Of a stretch of 64,000 bases of DNA, positions 1 to 14,165 are shown in pieces. The first letter of the stretch is position 1, and every line of letters starts with the position of its first letter. Below the pieces are notes generated by a model. That model saw only the letters and a program-made list of their open reading frames with translations, was not told the origin of the DNA and searched no databases. The stretch covers positions 275,218,001 through 275,282,000 of the forward strand of contig OZ024742.1 in NCBI GenBank assembly GCA_964016885.1. Direction: 5' to 3'. Position numbers and translations under genes: made by a program. Source of the DNA: Eledone cirrhosa. Its lineage: Eukaryota.

Positions 1-1680
1 GGCTGTGTAGAGTTGTTGTTTTTTTATGAGGGGGGGGGGGCTGCTTTCTTGTTGTTGCTGTTGGTATGTTTCTCTTGTTGATGTTTGTGGTGATGCTGGT
101 GGTCATGGTGTGGTGGTTGTTGGTGGTGATGGTGTTGGGGTTGTTGCGAATCGCCTTGCAGCATTTACACCTCTTTGTTTGCCTTAGTCTTTGAAGGGTG
201 AAGCTAAGGGTTTTTTCTGTTTTGTTTTTCATGGCAGACCGTTTACCATTTTACATCCCGCCTCACAGTCCCTGTCCGATTCCGTGGTATCTAGGAGGGA
301 ATATGTGCTCCACAGTTTTTGGTGGAGGTAGAGGAGCCCTCTCCGCCGATTTTGTTGCTGGTGCAGCTACTGCAAATGTAGCTACTGGTGTTGCCGCCAC
401 TGCTGCTGCTGCTTTAGTTGTCCGTGGCCTTGGTACGGGTGCCATGCACGTTGCCCTCCTACTCAGCATGGAAGGGTCTTCTGCGTTTGTTGCCTGCCCT
501 GCTCTTGGTAGCCACGGACCAGGCATTGGAAGGAGGAGTGGGGACCTTCTTCTTCACTGTCTTCTGCGGGCAAAAGGCCCTTAGGTGACCCTTTGACCCA
601 CGGAGATAACATTTTGGCCGTCTTCCTTCCACGCTTATAGGGAGTTGGACTCCTTCCTCGAGGTCTATGATATCGGGGATAGCCTCGATACACTCCTGGT
701 CAGTTTGTATAAGCATTTGCATGCCTATACCTGACCATTTCTCTCTCCCTATTTTCTCTACTTGCAGCATGGTCGTCCTGTCCACGACTCCAGCAAGGAC
801 AGATGCGGCCAGCCAAGGTATGGGCACGTCGAGTGGGACCTGGGTCACTTTGACCATCACAATTTTCTGCCCGCAGTAGGAGGGCACCAAGACTATCTCC
901 TCATTCTTTAGGGTTTCCAAAGAGTGAGACTTCGCCTCTTGGGGGTAGTGAAATGTACGTCCACTGTGGCATACCTTCTGCCTCGGGTGATGCGGGTTTC
1001 TGCGCCCGGACGCATCCCAAGGCCTTTGGTTTGTGAGCCTCCGTGGCTCCCTCCACCCGGTATGACATTTTGCTTACGGTGCGGTAAGTCACCGTCCGTA
1101 GCTGCTGGTCCTTGAAAAAATCGGGTGGAGGTTTCAGGGAAACTCTATTGGCATTGTTTGTCACTATGGCCTTTGCGACTGCCATCTCCTCCTCCGTGAC
1201 TAACACTGTTTCGATATTTCGGGCCACACCTGCAAAAGAGGTGGCCCCTTTTTCAGCGGCACCACTATTGTCCGCTACTGCTGCTACTAGTATTGCTGGC
1301 GGTCCTGAGATCGCTGTTACTGGTATTGATGTCATTGTTGTTGTTTTCGTTGATACTGTTGCTGCTGTTACTGTTATTGTGGCTGTTGTTATTATTGTTG
1401 TTTTTGTTGATACTGTTTCTACTATTATTGTTGTTGTGGCTGTTGATATTGTCATTGTTATTGTCTTTCTCGCTGTTATTTTTGTTGTTGCTGTTATTAT
1501 TGATGGTGATGTTGTTGGTGTTATTGTTGGTGTTGTTGGTGTTATTGTTGGTGTTGTTTGTGTTAGTATTATTTGGTAATTTAAAATTTGAAACAATATC
1601 ATTAAAACTGATATTGGTTCCTCTTCGTAATATTTTCTTTCATACTTACCTTCGCTTGTACGCTGTCTTGTTGACATGTT
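1..1680 (-). mobile_element. Tx1/L1-clade LINE (family B), 5'UTR and frameshifted ORF1; runs off the left edge
   Basis: Minus ORFs 901-1677 and 459-920: Thr-rich N-terminus, SFAGVARNIETVLVTEEE motif (also at ~30120), degenerate zinc knuckle EGRRPKCYLRGSKGHLRAFCPQ homologous to the other ORF1s here. Confidence 0.8.
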
Positions 1681-1687
1681 GACAAAG

Positions 1688-1688
1688 T

Positions 1689-1723
<35 letters not shown>

Positions 1724-1750
1724 TTGTCTGACAGCGCTCTCTCTCTCTTT
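1688..1750. repeat. poly-C / (CT)n microsatellite
   Basis: Direct sequence. Confidence 0.9.
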
Positions 1751-1829
1751 CTTGTGTTATCTATGATGAAAGAAATTTTTTTTCATATAATTTTTTTATT
1801 TTTTTATTTTTACATAATACGACACCCCA

Positions 1830-4800
1830 TAAAGGGCTCCCGTACAGAGGGGAAGAGAGAAGGGCTCTCCAATCGGGAGAGACGAAATGGTTCCGAGAGG
1901 TGGCCATTAACGCTGACCACCGAGCGTGTGCCTCTATGCATTGCAGCGCTCCAGCTTCTGAAGACAGGGCCGAGGCCAGCTGCTTTGAGGACAAACTCCA
2001 TATACCGATGGTCGACCCTATCGAATGATTTCGATTGATCTAAATTGATGAGTGCCCCACCGAAGCCAGGTTTACACCCTACCCTCTCTATGATGTATCG
2101 CATGAGGTGGAAATTGTCGTGTATGGACCTGGCTGGGATTGCACAAGTTTGCGCCTCCCCAACCAAATCCTTGACGACAAGCGCCAATGTCTTTGCTAAC
2201 ACCTTGGCCAAAATCTTAAATTCTGTGTTGAGCAGAGTTATGGGCCTGAAATTGTCTAATGTATCCCTCTTGTTCTCGTCTTTCCTTATCAGCGTCACCA
2301 CTCCCCTGCTCACAGAACTGGGAGATCGGAGAACAAGTCTGGCATATTCACGTAAAGGTCATAGGGCAGACCATCCAAACCGGGTGACTTGTGCCTCAGG
2401 CAGCCGACAAGGGCGTCCTGAATTTCGGCTGAAGTAATCGGCCTTTCGCAGCGCTCAGCGTCGACCGTTGAGATGCGCGGCAAGCCGTCAAGGTAGGGAC
2501 TGAAATCCGCTACTCTCTCTGACTCGCACATCCGCTTGGAATCGCTTATCTCGTGTCCGTCTCGGTTCGCCAAAGACCGAATTGTGATTTTATTACCACG
2601 CTGCGCCTCCGCCACGCGGGCCCATTGAACAGCTTTGGTTCCCTCGTTTCTCAGTGCACGTGCCTTAGCTCTGACACTGGCGCATTGGGGATATATGGTC
2701 GATACCTGTCAGACAGTTGAAACTGGCTGATTAGGTGTTTGAGACTTTTTCACACACCCCCTCCCGCTCCTATCAGCTACTCCCACACAATCCCAGCGTT
2801 TTTTCTAAGATGCCGTTCCAGCACCCCGCTAACAGTCGAGGGCGAGACGTACCCAGAAAGGTTTCCAGGCGCCTAAAGAAGTCCGGTCTTCCGTCCCCAG
2901 TAGGGGCGGAGACGGCCAGCAGTCTAAAAGCATCACCTTTGCTACTGCTCACATCCAGGACCACGAACTTACCGTCCGGATCCCGGAAGATCGACCTTAC
3001 CTCGAGATTCAGACCTTTCCTAAACAGCACTGCCACCCTACCTCCCATTCCGGGCCTGCTAACAGATGCGAAGATCTGATAGTTCTCGAAAATGGGGGCT
3101 AGTGCGTGAGTGTCGGAAATCCTGGTCTCGCTGACGGCAATCACATCCATTTCCAGAGACCTGAGGTCGTTGAGCAGGCGACCCAGCTTCCAGAGTTACC
3201 CCAGGCCGTGAACATTTAAACTTTCTACTCTTAATATGGCAATGTTGGCAAGCTAAAAGAGAGAGGGAAGGTTTACTTACCTCCCGCGGTCTTCTGAAGG
3301 TCGGGTGGTTCGACCTCCATGGTTAGTGCGGTTTCTTTTGGGAACCCCTTTAAAAGTCTTGATGTGGGTTTCACGTTCGGGGTTACCACGTCTTGAGGAA
3401 ACCTCTCACGAATTTCTTTGTTGGAATTGATTGATATTCGCACCAGAAGCAAATCTTCTGACACGCAAAATATGTTAAATTCAAAGATCTCCCACTGTTT
3501 CTATGTCTTCGCTTCGTGCTAAGAGGGCCATTAATTTATCGTTGGCCCTTCTGACAAGCACGAAGTTTTTAATGTTTTGTTGGTGTGGTTTTATTTGTTT
3601 TCGTTTTGGTGAATGTGGTGGTGATGGTTTTGGTGGTGTTGTTTCGGGTATGTCTGTGTTTGTGTAAGTGTGATGTCTGCAATTTCAGGTGTCTGTGTGT
3701 TTATTTCTTCTTCTGTTTGTTTAGGTTGTTTGCGTTTCGGGGATTGTGGGAGTGATGTTGATGTTGATGTTGGTATTGATGTTGGTGTTGATGTTATTGG
3801 GGAAGTGTCTGTATTGGGGAAGTGTCTGTATTTTTTGTTGTGTATGTTTTTGTGTTTTGTTGGGCTTTTTTTTTTTTGTGAGTTTTCTCTTGTGTTTTTG
3901 GCACTTTGGGGTTTTCCTTCATCTTCACTGCTGGAAGACAGAAGGATCTGTGGATGTGAGTGTATCTGCGTCTGTGTGGCCATTTATTGTTTTGTCTATG
4001 TGTATAATTGGAGGGGTAGGGGGAGTAGGATAACTTTCCTCGTTGTCCCCTTGTATTGGTTTCGGTGCTGGTGGTGGTCAGACTGTTTCTTATGTTGGTG
4101 GGGTTACTCGTGTCATTGTTGGTGTTGTTTTTGGTGGTGGTGGTGGTGCAGCTTTCCGTGCTGACGCTGGTGTTGGCAACAATGGTGGTTTGCGACCCCC
4201 TGCATTTTTGAGCTGAGGGCAGAAGGCTTGCAGATGCGTTGCTTCCCCGCAGACGAAGCAGTGCGACCTTCTTCCCTCAGTGATTAATTGGATTGTTGTC
4301 CCGTCCCGCAGGCGGGCAAAATCCGGTATGCTGTTGATGTCCTCTGGTTTCATTTGGAGAAAAATCTCCAAATCCATTCCGGACCTGTCTTCTCTCTCTG
4401 TCCTTTTGATATCCAGGAGGGTAGTTTCTGTCCCCTCCTCGATTACACATCCCAGGAGCCACCATATGTTCATTCCTGGTGGGATCCTGAGAATGCGGAC
4501 CTTTAAAGTCCTTTTTCCCATGTAGGGCGGATGCATGATAATGCGTTCAGTTCTACAGGGCGTCACCGAGTGCTTAATAGCAAGGGCCTCGGTTTTTAAC
4601 AGTACCGAGATGGTACCAAACTGCTTGGCCCTTGCTTTATACTCGATGTCACTTCCGATGCACTTCAAAGCAGCCTCGACCTCTGCTTGGCTGGAAAGTT
4701 TCACTTTACGTGTCTACACTGAAATGCATCGAAAGTACACCGTCCTCATTTGCGTGGCCGCTATTGCCCCGTCCGGGATGGTCAGGTTTGCCCAGGACTT

Positions 4801-5465
4801 CTCCCGTTTAATTAACTTCCACGCCTGGGCCAACTGTTCGTCTTTATCGCTAATATCAACATTCAATAAGCGCTTTGTTTTCGCTGCTGCCGCTGCAAGG
4901 GTGGTACTTCTGTTGCTCTTGTTGTTGGTGTTGTCGTTCCTGCTGTTGTTGTTGGTGTTGTTATTTTGTTTGTTGTTGCTGTTGCCACCGCCATCCGTTT
5001 TTACATTGAGTCTGTCGGTGTTATTGTCGTTGTTGTTCTGAATTGTTGTTGTGGTGGTGGTGTTGATGGCGGTGGTGGTGGTGGTGATGTTTTGAGATGA
5101 TACTGCTGCTATCACAGAAGGGAGCGGTTGGGATGGTAACTTTTGTGTTTTGCCTTCACATTCGGTGGATTGGACGACAGGCATGTCTGTAGTATTAGTA
5201 GTAGTTGTTGTGGTGAGATCTACAGTGGCTGTTTTTGAACCTTTGACCTGTACGTTGTTTACGGTTTCAAGGTCGAAAATTTCCATATATTTTTTTTTTG
5301 TGGGGAAACGCCGAATACTGAGAAGTATACCTTCCTTGGAACGAAGGTGTAAACCTTATGCTTCGTTAACAACAAGAAAATACCAAAGAAAATGATACTT
5401 TAAAACAGCTTAAAGTTACGAAACTTTTCCCCCGCAGACTTATACGTCTTCATACATGTGCGTCC
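1830..5465 (-). mobile_element. Tx1-clade LINE (family A), decayed, 3'-truncated with internal deletions
   Basis: ORF1 pieces 4714-5286, 4090-4704 (CFVCGEATHLQAFC), 3591-3983, 3273-3464; ORF2 pieces 2773-3150 (APE), 2310-2615, 1810-2313 (RT: RPITLLN, DQSKSFDRVDH); closely similar to the copy at 32429-38349. Confidence 0.93.
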
Positions 5466-5476
5466 AATAAATGTCC

Positions 5477-8400
5477 AATAATAATGATTTCTTTATTGGC
5501 CACAAGGGCTGACATAAAGAAAAACATTACGGACGGCACAGGACAGTACAGGACGGTACGATGTGGGTTTTGTGCGATTAAAGATTTTTATTATTTATAT
5601 GAAAAACGAAAAATAAAAAAAAGACAAAGAAACATATATATATATATATAAACAATAAAAATGAAAATTCAAACAATGAAAAATTCCCCAATAGGGGGGA
5701 AACCTCCGAGGGTTACTCGTTGCGAAAACCACACAAGAGGCCACGAACACCCTGACCACCAGGGCAAGTGCCCTCTCTCAATTTTTTCCATTCCTCAAAC
5801 TACAAGCGTATATTCAGGACAGGCTCGGCTGACGGCACTTCCGTGCCTGTAGAGCTTATCTCGAACCGGCAAAGCTCCCCGGTAGCACTGCCAGGCCAGG
5901 GATTTCTGGTTATCCATAGGCCCTGGGCTGAAAGTTCTCCGGAAGAGAGCAAACAGCTGATTTTTTCGTCGCCCAGGATCTCTCCGAGAACTTCGTCGCC
6001 ATTCCTATCAACTAGTCCTCTATAGAACACCGAGGTGGATGTTCCACCGACACTGGTGCCCAGTTGGCAGAAGGCAGTGAGCGCCTGGAGACATTCCAGT
6101 TTCCAAGCGCTATCCCTCGGTCTTTTCCTGACCCAGGGCTGCAGTTCAGTCTAGGAGACGAGCTGTGGGAAAACGTGCCTGGCGAACGGCGACCACACCT
6201 GTTCACCGTGAAGGAAGCACCTAAGATGTCACAGCCACAGCGCATGTTTGCGCATCATCAGCCATGGCATGCCCAATCCTCCACACAACTGGTGTTGACA
6301 GCAGATGGATCGTCTGACCATGGGGTCGCGTCCCTTCCACAAAAAGCGGAAGAGGAGGCGCTCCATTTTGGTAAGAGTTGGACCGGGGCAAGGGACGACG
6401 GTGAGGCGGTAGCAGATGACGGGTGCGATATATGCATTCGCCACCTCTGCCCGGCCTTTCAGGGACAGCTTCCTCTCGGCCATTTTCTGGGTGAGGGAGG
6501 CCATCCTGCTCGTCACGTCGCTCCAGTTTTTTTTCCATCTGGAGGTCCGGTCCGTACCAGACCCCGAGCAGTTTAACCGGTGCGTCCGTCCAACGCCCCA
6601 CGACGCTGTCGGACGGCATGGACTTGCCACTAGGTACCGAGCTGAAAGCCCACCGACCTTTCCTGGTTTATCTTTGCTTCTGTCACCGCTTCGTTATCCT
6701 TGAGAGCGGTGCCGAGCATCTGGACGTGTCTGGTGCTTGACACCACCACGATGATGTTGTCGGCGCAAGTCGACTCGGATTTCCCGCATCTTAGTTCGCG
6801 TGGGACGCCCCTCATCGCCCCCAGTTTGGGCAGAAACGACTCGATATCCAATATGTATAAGAGGGACGAGAGGGGACAACCCTGGCGGACCGAGAGCATG
6901 ATGCTGCAGGGCTTCGACAGGTGACCGTTCACCCTTACAACCGAGCAGATGTTGCTGTACATCGCAGCGATCCAACCCCAGAAAACGGTTCCGAAACCGG
7001 CTGCCTCGAGGACCGCTGCAAGGTACCGATGATCGACCCTATCAAATGCCATGGATTGATCCAAGTTGATCAGGGCCAAAGCTGTGTCAAGTTCCTTAAC
7101 CGCCCTCTCTACGATGTATCGTATGAGGTGGAGGTTGTCGTGTATGGATCTGTCCGGATTGCGCATGTCTGCATCCGCCCACCAGATCCTCGACGACAAA
7201 TGACAACCTCGTTTCTAACACCTTGGCCAAAATATTGAACTCTACGTTTAGCAGAATTATGGGCCTGAAGTTGTCTCTAACGTCCTCTTTGTTCGGGACT
7301 TTTCTCAGCAGCGCCACCACTCCTCGGCTCACAAAACTGGGAATGGTCCCGTTCTGTTGCTAGTTGCAGTAGACGTCTGCCAAGATGCCACCCGACAACT
7401 CTGGCATAAATTCATAAAGCTCGTAGGGCAGACCATCTTACCTGGCGATTTACCCCTCGTGCAGTTAGCCATCGCTTCCCGTATTTCACCGGCTATTGTT
7501 TTTTCGCAACACTGTGCTGCGGTCGTCGAGAGCCGGGGAATTCTGTTGAGGTGTGCACTGCAGTTCATACCCCTATCCGGCCTACCGCAGCTCCCGAACA
7601 GTTCAGCAAAGTGCTGTTGAAAAGCCTCACACATCTGCTCGGTTTCGAGCAACACGCGCCCGTTTTGGTTTGACAAAGACCGAATTGTGGCTTTGTTGCC
7701 ACGTCGCGCCTCTGCTACCCGGGCCCATTAGACGGCTTTCGTCCCCTCGTGTTTCAGAGAACGCGCTCTAGCTCTGACAACGCAGCCTTCGTGTTTTGCG
7801 TTGAAGAATTAGTCGAGTGCAAATCTCGCCGCAAGCGCGTCGGTTGCGAGGCCTGAACGCCTCTTCTAAGCGCCTCTTCTAGCCTTCTGACTAGTTCTCC
7901 CTCTACTCTATTTTTCTCTATCGCTACTCCTTTGCTAAACCTAATCGACTCTACTTTAATTGCCCTTTTCAGGGCAAACCACCACCTGTTGTTGATGACC
8001 GCTCCCGTCAACGCCTGCTTAACTAATACGCCAATCCGGTCTCTGTAGGCTTTGCGCGCCGGGAAAGACGCGTTCAGCTTCCAGTAACCGGGTCCTTATC
8101 TATGAAGTCTGTCTATGTCGATATCACAGATCACAAATTTGTGGTTTGTGTAGTCGACTATTTTAAATTGTGGAAAACCTATACTAGCCTTATCTAGGTT
8201 CCTGTAGAATACCCTATCTAGATATGATCTGGATGACCCGGTGCGGTTTGTCCATGTCCACATTGGCACATTCGGGTGATCCAATCGATACCTGTCCGAC
8301 AGTTCAAAACGTCTGAGCAGGTTGGTGAGGCTCTTGCACCCTCCTCCCCTATCCACTAGCCCCACACAATCCCAGTGTGCATCCAATATTCCGTTCCAGT

Positions 8401-9410
8401 CGCCCACTAACACTAAAGAGCGGGATGTTCCAAGAAAGGTCTCTAGATGTCTAAAGAAATCTGGCCGTCCTCTCCCTGTCGGGGCATAGACGGCTACTAG
8501 CCTGAAAGCGTTGCCTTCGGTGCAGGAAGATGGTCCGTATGGCGAGACACAAGCCTTTCCGAAACAACACAGCCACTCCCCGCTCCCGGACGGCTCGGAT
8601 ATGCGTACACCTCTTAACCGTCGAAGATCGATGCGACAGCTTGCGTTTCGAAGATTCTCGTCTCGCTGATGGCCAGCACATCTATGTTTAGTGACCTGAA
8701 GTCGTTAAACAAGTGACCCTGCTTCGAAACCGAGCTCAAACCACGCACGTTTACACTTCCGATCCTGAATACGGCCATGTAGGATGAGGAACAAGGCAAG
8801 TAAGAAAGGATCACTTACCTTGATTGTCTGGTGAAGGGACCGTTGAACCGATCCTTCGCCTGGTCGTCGGCTCTTCTGTGAGTATATCCGAGTATATTCT
8901 CGGTTGAGTGTCCCTCCTAGGTCTCTGAAATCACCAACTGCGTTGGGGAATTTCATGTTAATGTTAGTCTATTGTTTCTGTGATATTCTTACCAGTCTTA
9001 TGTTCGTTGGTGTTTTGATTGTTGCTGGTATTAATTAATCGTGGTGTGAAATGTCTGTGTTCAGTTATGTAAGTCATTAGTTTCTCGTGTGTATTTATTG
9101 GTGTGCATTTTTTTTTTTTTTTGGGGGGGGGGGGGGATTTTCTTGTCGTTGTTGCTGGGTGTTTGTGTTTTATTGTTGTGTTTGCGATATTGGTGATTGT
9201 GGTGGTGTTGTTGGAGGTATTGTTGTTGTTGGCGGCGGTGATGGTAGTTCTAGTGTGGGTGGTGATGGTGTTGGTGGTGTTGCTGCAGTAAGTCTCTTTG
9301 CAGTAGCCTTCACCATTTTTTCATCTCTTCCCTCTCTTTTCGACGATGCGCTGCTCTGCGCTTCTGCCTTCTTGCGACCTTTTACCATCCCTCTCCCACC
9401 TGGCACTCCA
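5477..9410 (-). mobile_element. Tx1-clade LINE (family C), decayed ORF2 plus ORF1 C-terminal remnant
   Basis: Fragmented ORF2 (GSVNVRGL near 8750, GDWN, AFDRVDH, RQGCPLS); 3' end GCCCTTGTGGCCAATAAAGAAATC(ATT)n on the minus strand at ~5477-5510. Confidence 0.9.
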
Positions 9411-9625
9411 TGTCCAGGGATTTCTGGAAGTTATCCATAGGCCCTGGGCTGAAAGTTCTCCAGAAGAGTGCAAACAGCTTATCTTCTTCGACACCCAGGA
9501 TCACTTCGAGAACGTCGTCGCTGTTCCCCTCCACTAGTCCTCTATAGAACGCCGAGGTGGATGTTCCACCGATACTGGTGCCCAGCTGGCAAAGGGCGGC
9601 AGAACGGGAGAATTCCCAGCTCTGT
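9410..9625 (-). mobile_element. Inverted fragment of Tx1 ORF2 C-terminal region
   Basis: Encodes FYRGLVEGNSDDVLEVILG...MDNFQKSL, homologous to ~15760-15950 of the intact ORF2. Confidence 0.85.
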
Positions 9626-9689
9626 GAGTCGAGGAGCGGGGCGCTGCTGAGATAGGATCCGAACAAGGGGGATAACATAGATAATTTCA

Positions 9690-11099
9690 GCTCCATAACT
9701 CAGGGTTCAAAATTTTGGCCAAAGTGCTAGCAAAGAGATTGGCACTTGTCGTTGGTGGTCTTGTGGAAGAGGCGCATACATGCGCCATTCCAGACAGATC
9801 CATCCACGACAACCTAGACCTCATGCGATACGTCGTAGAAAGGGTAGGTAGGGAACCTGGCACGGGTGGGTCCTTGATCAATTTAAATCAGTCGAAACTT
9901 TCGATAGGGTCGACCATCTTTATCTGGCAGCATCTTTATCTGGCATCTTTATCGGTCTTCAGAGGCTGATTTGCTGCCATGCACAGCGATATCTGCTCTG
10001 TGGTGAGACTGAACGGTCACCTTTCGGAACCGTTTAACATCATGCGCTCGGTCCACCAAGGATGTCGTCTCGCGCCATTACTGCATAAACTGGTGATCGG
10101 CGCCACACTAAAAGAATACGAGGCGGTGACAGGACCAATGTTCAAACAGGAAAAGACGGTGGGGCTGCAACTGCGCACCTGGAGAGGCAGGCCCTTGCCG
10201 TCCAACAGCGTCTGGCACTGGAATGACGGATCGGTTAAACTGCTAGAGCTCTGGTTTGGTCCGGACCACCAGACGGACATAAACTGGGAAGAGGTGAGGA
10301 GCAGGGTGGCCTCTCATCCAGAAATGGGCCAACAGGAAACTATCCCTGAAAGGTCGAGCAGAGGTGGCGAACGCGTACATCGCGTCTGTCACCTACTACC
10401 ACCTGACCGTCGTGCCTTGTTTTAAATGTTGCCTGACTGCGCTGGGGCGTTTGCTCTTTCGCTTTTTGTGGATGGGTCGTGTCCGAGCATTTCTGACTTG
10501 TGGGTTTATGTCGTACACCTGCAGTCGCATGTAGAACGGATCCGGCTATCAGCTGGGTCCATCGTGAGCATTTCTCCGCCGCCTTCCTTTAGCCGGGAAA
10601 GGCAGGCAATTTTTATGTGCCTGGTGGCCATGGTAAAAGAGATCTTATGATGGACATGTCTGAAAGGGTTGAAGACGGGTACTTTCCTCTTCGTTGACAC
10701 CCTCATTAACTTTTTCAGGTTTCACCAGAAAAGGAAAAGGGTGGAGAGGGAAGTGCTGCCTTCCAGACAGTTTTTTGAAAGGTGGGTAAGGGTGGCAAAA
10801 ATGGCCCGTGTGGATGGGCCTACCCTGAGCGTTTGCCTGTAACATAGTGAGAGGAAAACTGGAAGAGGGCACTTGCCCTAGCGGTCAGGGTAACCGTGGC
10901 TTTTTTGTGGGCTTTTTCCACGAGCGAGTCTAGGAAGTCACCCGCCCACTGAGGAGTTTTTCATTGTTTCTTTTTTTTTTGTTACATCCTCTGTTTTTAT
11001 TTTTTTACACGCAGAAATGCCTATTCGTACAATCCTGTATTGTCCTGTGTTGTCCTTAATGTTATACTTTGTGTCAACCATTGTCGTTAATAAAGAAAG

Positions 11100-11100
<1 letters not shown>
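9690..11100 (+). mobile_element. 5'-truncated, internally deleted Tx1 LINE (family C-like)
   Basis: AKVLAKRLALVV...SIHDNL RT fragment, GLQLRTWRG, ORF2 C-terminus, 3'UTR ending AATAAAGAAAGC(ATT)n. Confidence 0.9.

Positions 11101-11145
<45 letters not shown>
11101..11145. repeat. (ATT)n tract shared as tail by convergent Tx1 (+) and Dong (-) elements
   Basis: Direct sequence; both elements' 3' ends abut it. Confidence 0.95.
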
Positions 11146-14100
11146 GCATTTATCTTGCTTTATGTCATACGAGTTATCACCAGGTGACAACCAGTGACCT
11201 CAAGAGACAACAAGTTCCACCATGTTCAACAAAGAACATACATTCACTCACATGCATCTTTAGGTGTTTATACTTGTGGTGTTCTTATATTGACAGAAAC
11301 TTCCTTAATATATGGACAGTTCCCATTAGTATTATCCTTTGTATTTCTGCTATACGCGAGTTTCCTGGGATTTGGGATAAGTAATCATTAGACCCCTTAG
11401 GTATCATTCTTAAAGTGCCTACAACCACTGGTATTGTTTTAGGTCTCAAATTCCACATTTTTCCATTTTCTATCTCCAGGTCGTTATACTTGCTCAATTT
11501 TTCAAATGTTTTTATAGATACATTCTTGTCTATTGGAACGGACATATCAACTAGCAGGCGTACCCTCTTTTTAAAGTCCTTCAGTATCATATCAGGTCTA
11601 TTTGCATCTATCTATTGGTCTGTTTGGATGCTAAATTTCCACAAGATTGAGATGTGAACCTTTTTCAATTACGGGAGGTGGTTGATGCTCCCACCAATTC
11701 TTTTGATGGGGCAGGTCAAAATGCTTATACATTACCCAATGTATGTATTGTGTAGCTCTGTCGTGCCTGTTTAGGTATTCTGTTGGAGCTATAGGACTGC
11801 ACATTGAAATTATATGATCAATTACCTCAGGTTGTTTTTTACAAACACGGCATAATGGGTTGCATCTATTTTTTATTATGTTGGCTTGGTAATTTTCTGG
11901 TGGCAGACACTGATCTTGTGCTGATATAATCAGTCCTTCAGTCTCCGATTTCAGTCCAGAGGATGCCATCCACTGATGGGTTAAATTTTTGTCAAAATCA
12001 GGATTGTTAGCTCTTTCTGGGTATTTTCCATACAGAGGCTTTTCTTGCCATTTCTAAGCCAGTTTCTGTAGCAGTTCTTTCTTTGCAGTTACTTTTACCT
12101 ACTTTGCTTTTTCTCTGTTTTTCATTTCAGCAGTAAAGGGAACTTCTGAAATGTGTAGTTCATTATTGTATCTTTGTGCATCTTTTGTAATGGAATATGA
12201 TCTTTTGATGCTTTCATGTTTCAAAATGAGTTTGATCATCCAATCATGTGCCTCCCTTAGATATGTAGATAATCCAATTGTTGCAGTTTTCAAAGCCTAT
12301 TCTAACTGGACTAATCCACGTCCTCCTTCTTTCCTAGAGAGATATGTTCTATCTGTATCTGCCTTAGAGTGATGCATTCTGTGCATGGTTAAGAATAGAA
12401 TTTTCTAATCTTTTTATCGAGCCTATGGATCTCTGTGCTCGACCAGTTGATGACATTGTAACTGTAGGTTACTACTGGTATGGCAAGCGTGTTTATGGCA
12501 TCGATCCTATTCCTTGCATTCAACTCCATCCTTAAAATTGCTCTTATTCTGCGGTAATTTTCCTACCTTATCCTTTCCCTCATTATCGAGTGCTTGATTC
12601 CGTCTTCTTCACAAACACCTAGATATTTGTAGGTTTCCTCTTGATCAAGTTCTCTTATCACATTCCCCCGATCAAGATTAATGTCTGAACTTCTCAGCAG
12701 TTTTCCTCTGGTGAACGTGGCTTTGGCGCATTTATCTAGTCCAAACGCCATTTTAATATCATCATTGAACTGTTCCCCAGAGGATAATAGACCTTGCAAT
12801 TGTTCATCATTTTTTGCAAATAGTTTCAGGTCATCCATGTCGAACAAGTGATTAATGGTTTTGTCATAGACTTTATATCCATGTTTTGTTTCATTGAGCA
12901 TTTTACTTAATTGTATAAGTGCGATGCAGAATAAAATTTCCACAATTAATATTAACTTCTCCATCTTCCAGGGATTTTTTTTCACTATTCAAAAGGAGTG
13001 TTGTTTTCCATGTTTTCATACTGAATGACAGGAACATCCTGACAACGGGAGATATTTTGAAAATCTGTAAACACTTTTCAATCCAACTGTGTGGCAAACT
13101 ATCGAATACTTTTTTGTAATCTATCCAATCAATTGATAGATTTGTGTGTCTATTATGACAATCTTCCAGTATCATTTTGTTAACCAAAAGCTGATCCTTA
13201 CAGCTATATAAGCCTCATTTACACCCTTTCTGCTCATTTGGAAATAGATCATTTGTTATTAGGTGATCAGGTTATCAGTTAGGACTGATGTTAAAATGTT
13301 ATACATTATCGGTCTGTAATTTTGGGGATTATTTGTCTCATCATTATTTGGAAGTAGGAATGTAATGCCGTTAACTAGCCATGATGGTATCTTTTCAGGC
13401 TCCTTAACCATTTCATTGTAAAGTTGGGCTAACAATTCATAAGACTATGTGAAGGCATTTATTCAAAAATTTGGTATTTTATCTTTCCCTGGGGATTTCC
13501 ATTTGATGGATTTTCTAAGAGCTAACGCAGATGTTCAACTGTTATAATTTCCCATGTTTGTTCTTCAAGGTGAGCTGTTTCTTTCATTTGTCTGTCTATC
13601 CATAGGGCATGTATTTTATGAACTTTTTCTTCGGCCCAGACATTTTCCCAGAATTCTTGCACTTCCTCCTTGGGTGGTATTGATTTAGCAGTGGTTGTTG
13701 ACTTGCCAATTTTTCTGCAGAAGTTTATTTTAGTTATTTTTGAACATATTAATGCCCTTATAGAATCTAGATCGTTTTTTAAAGCGTTTTATACGATCAG
13801 CTTTGGCCGACACTTTTTGCTTGATTGTTTCTATCAGCATTTCTATGTCACTTGTTGATTTTATATCGTATTTTCTTTTCAATTTTCTAAGTCTAGCTTG
13901 TTTAACATATTCACCTACTTTGTAGTTTGCTAACATTTCTATGTCAGATCGGAGAAGGTTTATTTGGCGATTGATGTTCTCTTGCTAAGTAGTTTTTTTG
14001 TGAGAATTCCTTTGTTTTTCATTTTCACTCCATATAAGTGAGTGGTAACTTTAGCCGATGCATTGCATATATGATTTAGATCAGTCATTTTTAGTTTATT

Positions 14101-14165
14101 TGTGATGATAATGTGTTTGAGAGCTATGTTAGTCTTGTGTATTATCCTTTTGGCAGATAGACAGA
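11146..14165 (-). mobile_element. R4/Dong-clade RLE non-LTR retrotransposon (family A), decayed
   Basis: Minus ORF fragments with WIDYKKVFDS, DMDDLKLF, CRVC..H..C, RHD and RLE motifs; 3'UTR matches 32197-32340 and 63800-63940. Confidence 0.92.

Noticed and set aside
1641-1652. U1 snRNA gene (ATACTTACCT)
   Set aside because: Only the first ~10 nt match; it is the reverse complement of a splice-donor motif.
1112-1682. Hydrophobic Val/Leu-rich ORFs (also 20253-20702, 32188-32470, 56951-57344)
   Set aside because: Antisense translations of low-complexity ORF1 regions or microsatellites, not membrane proteins.
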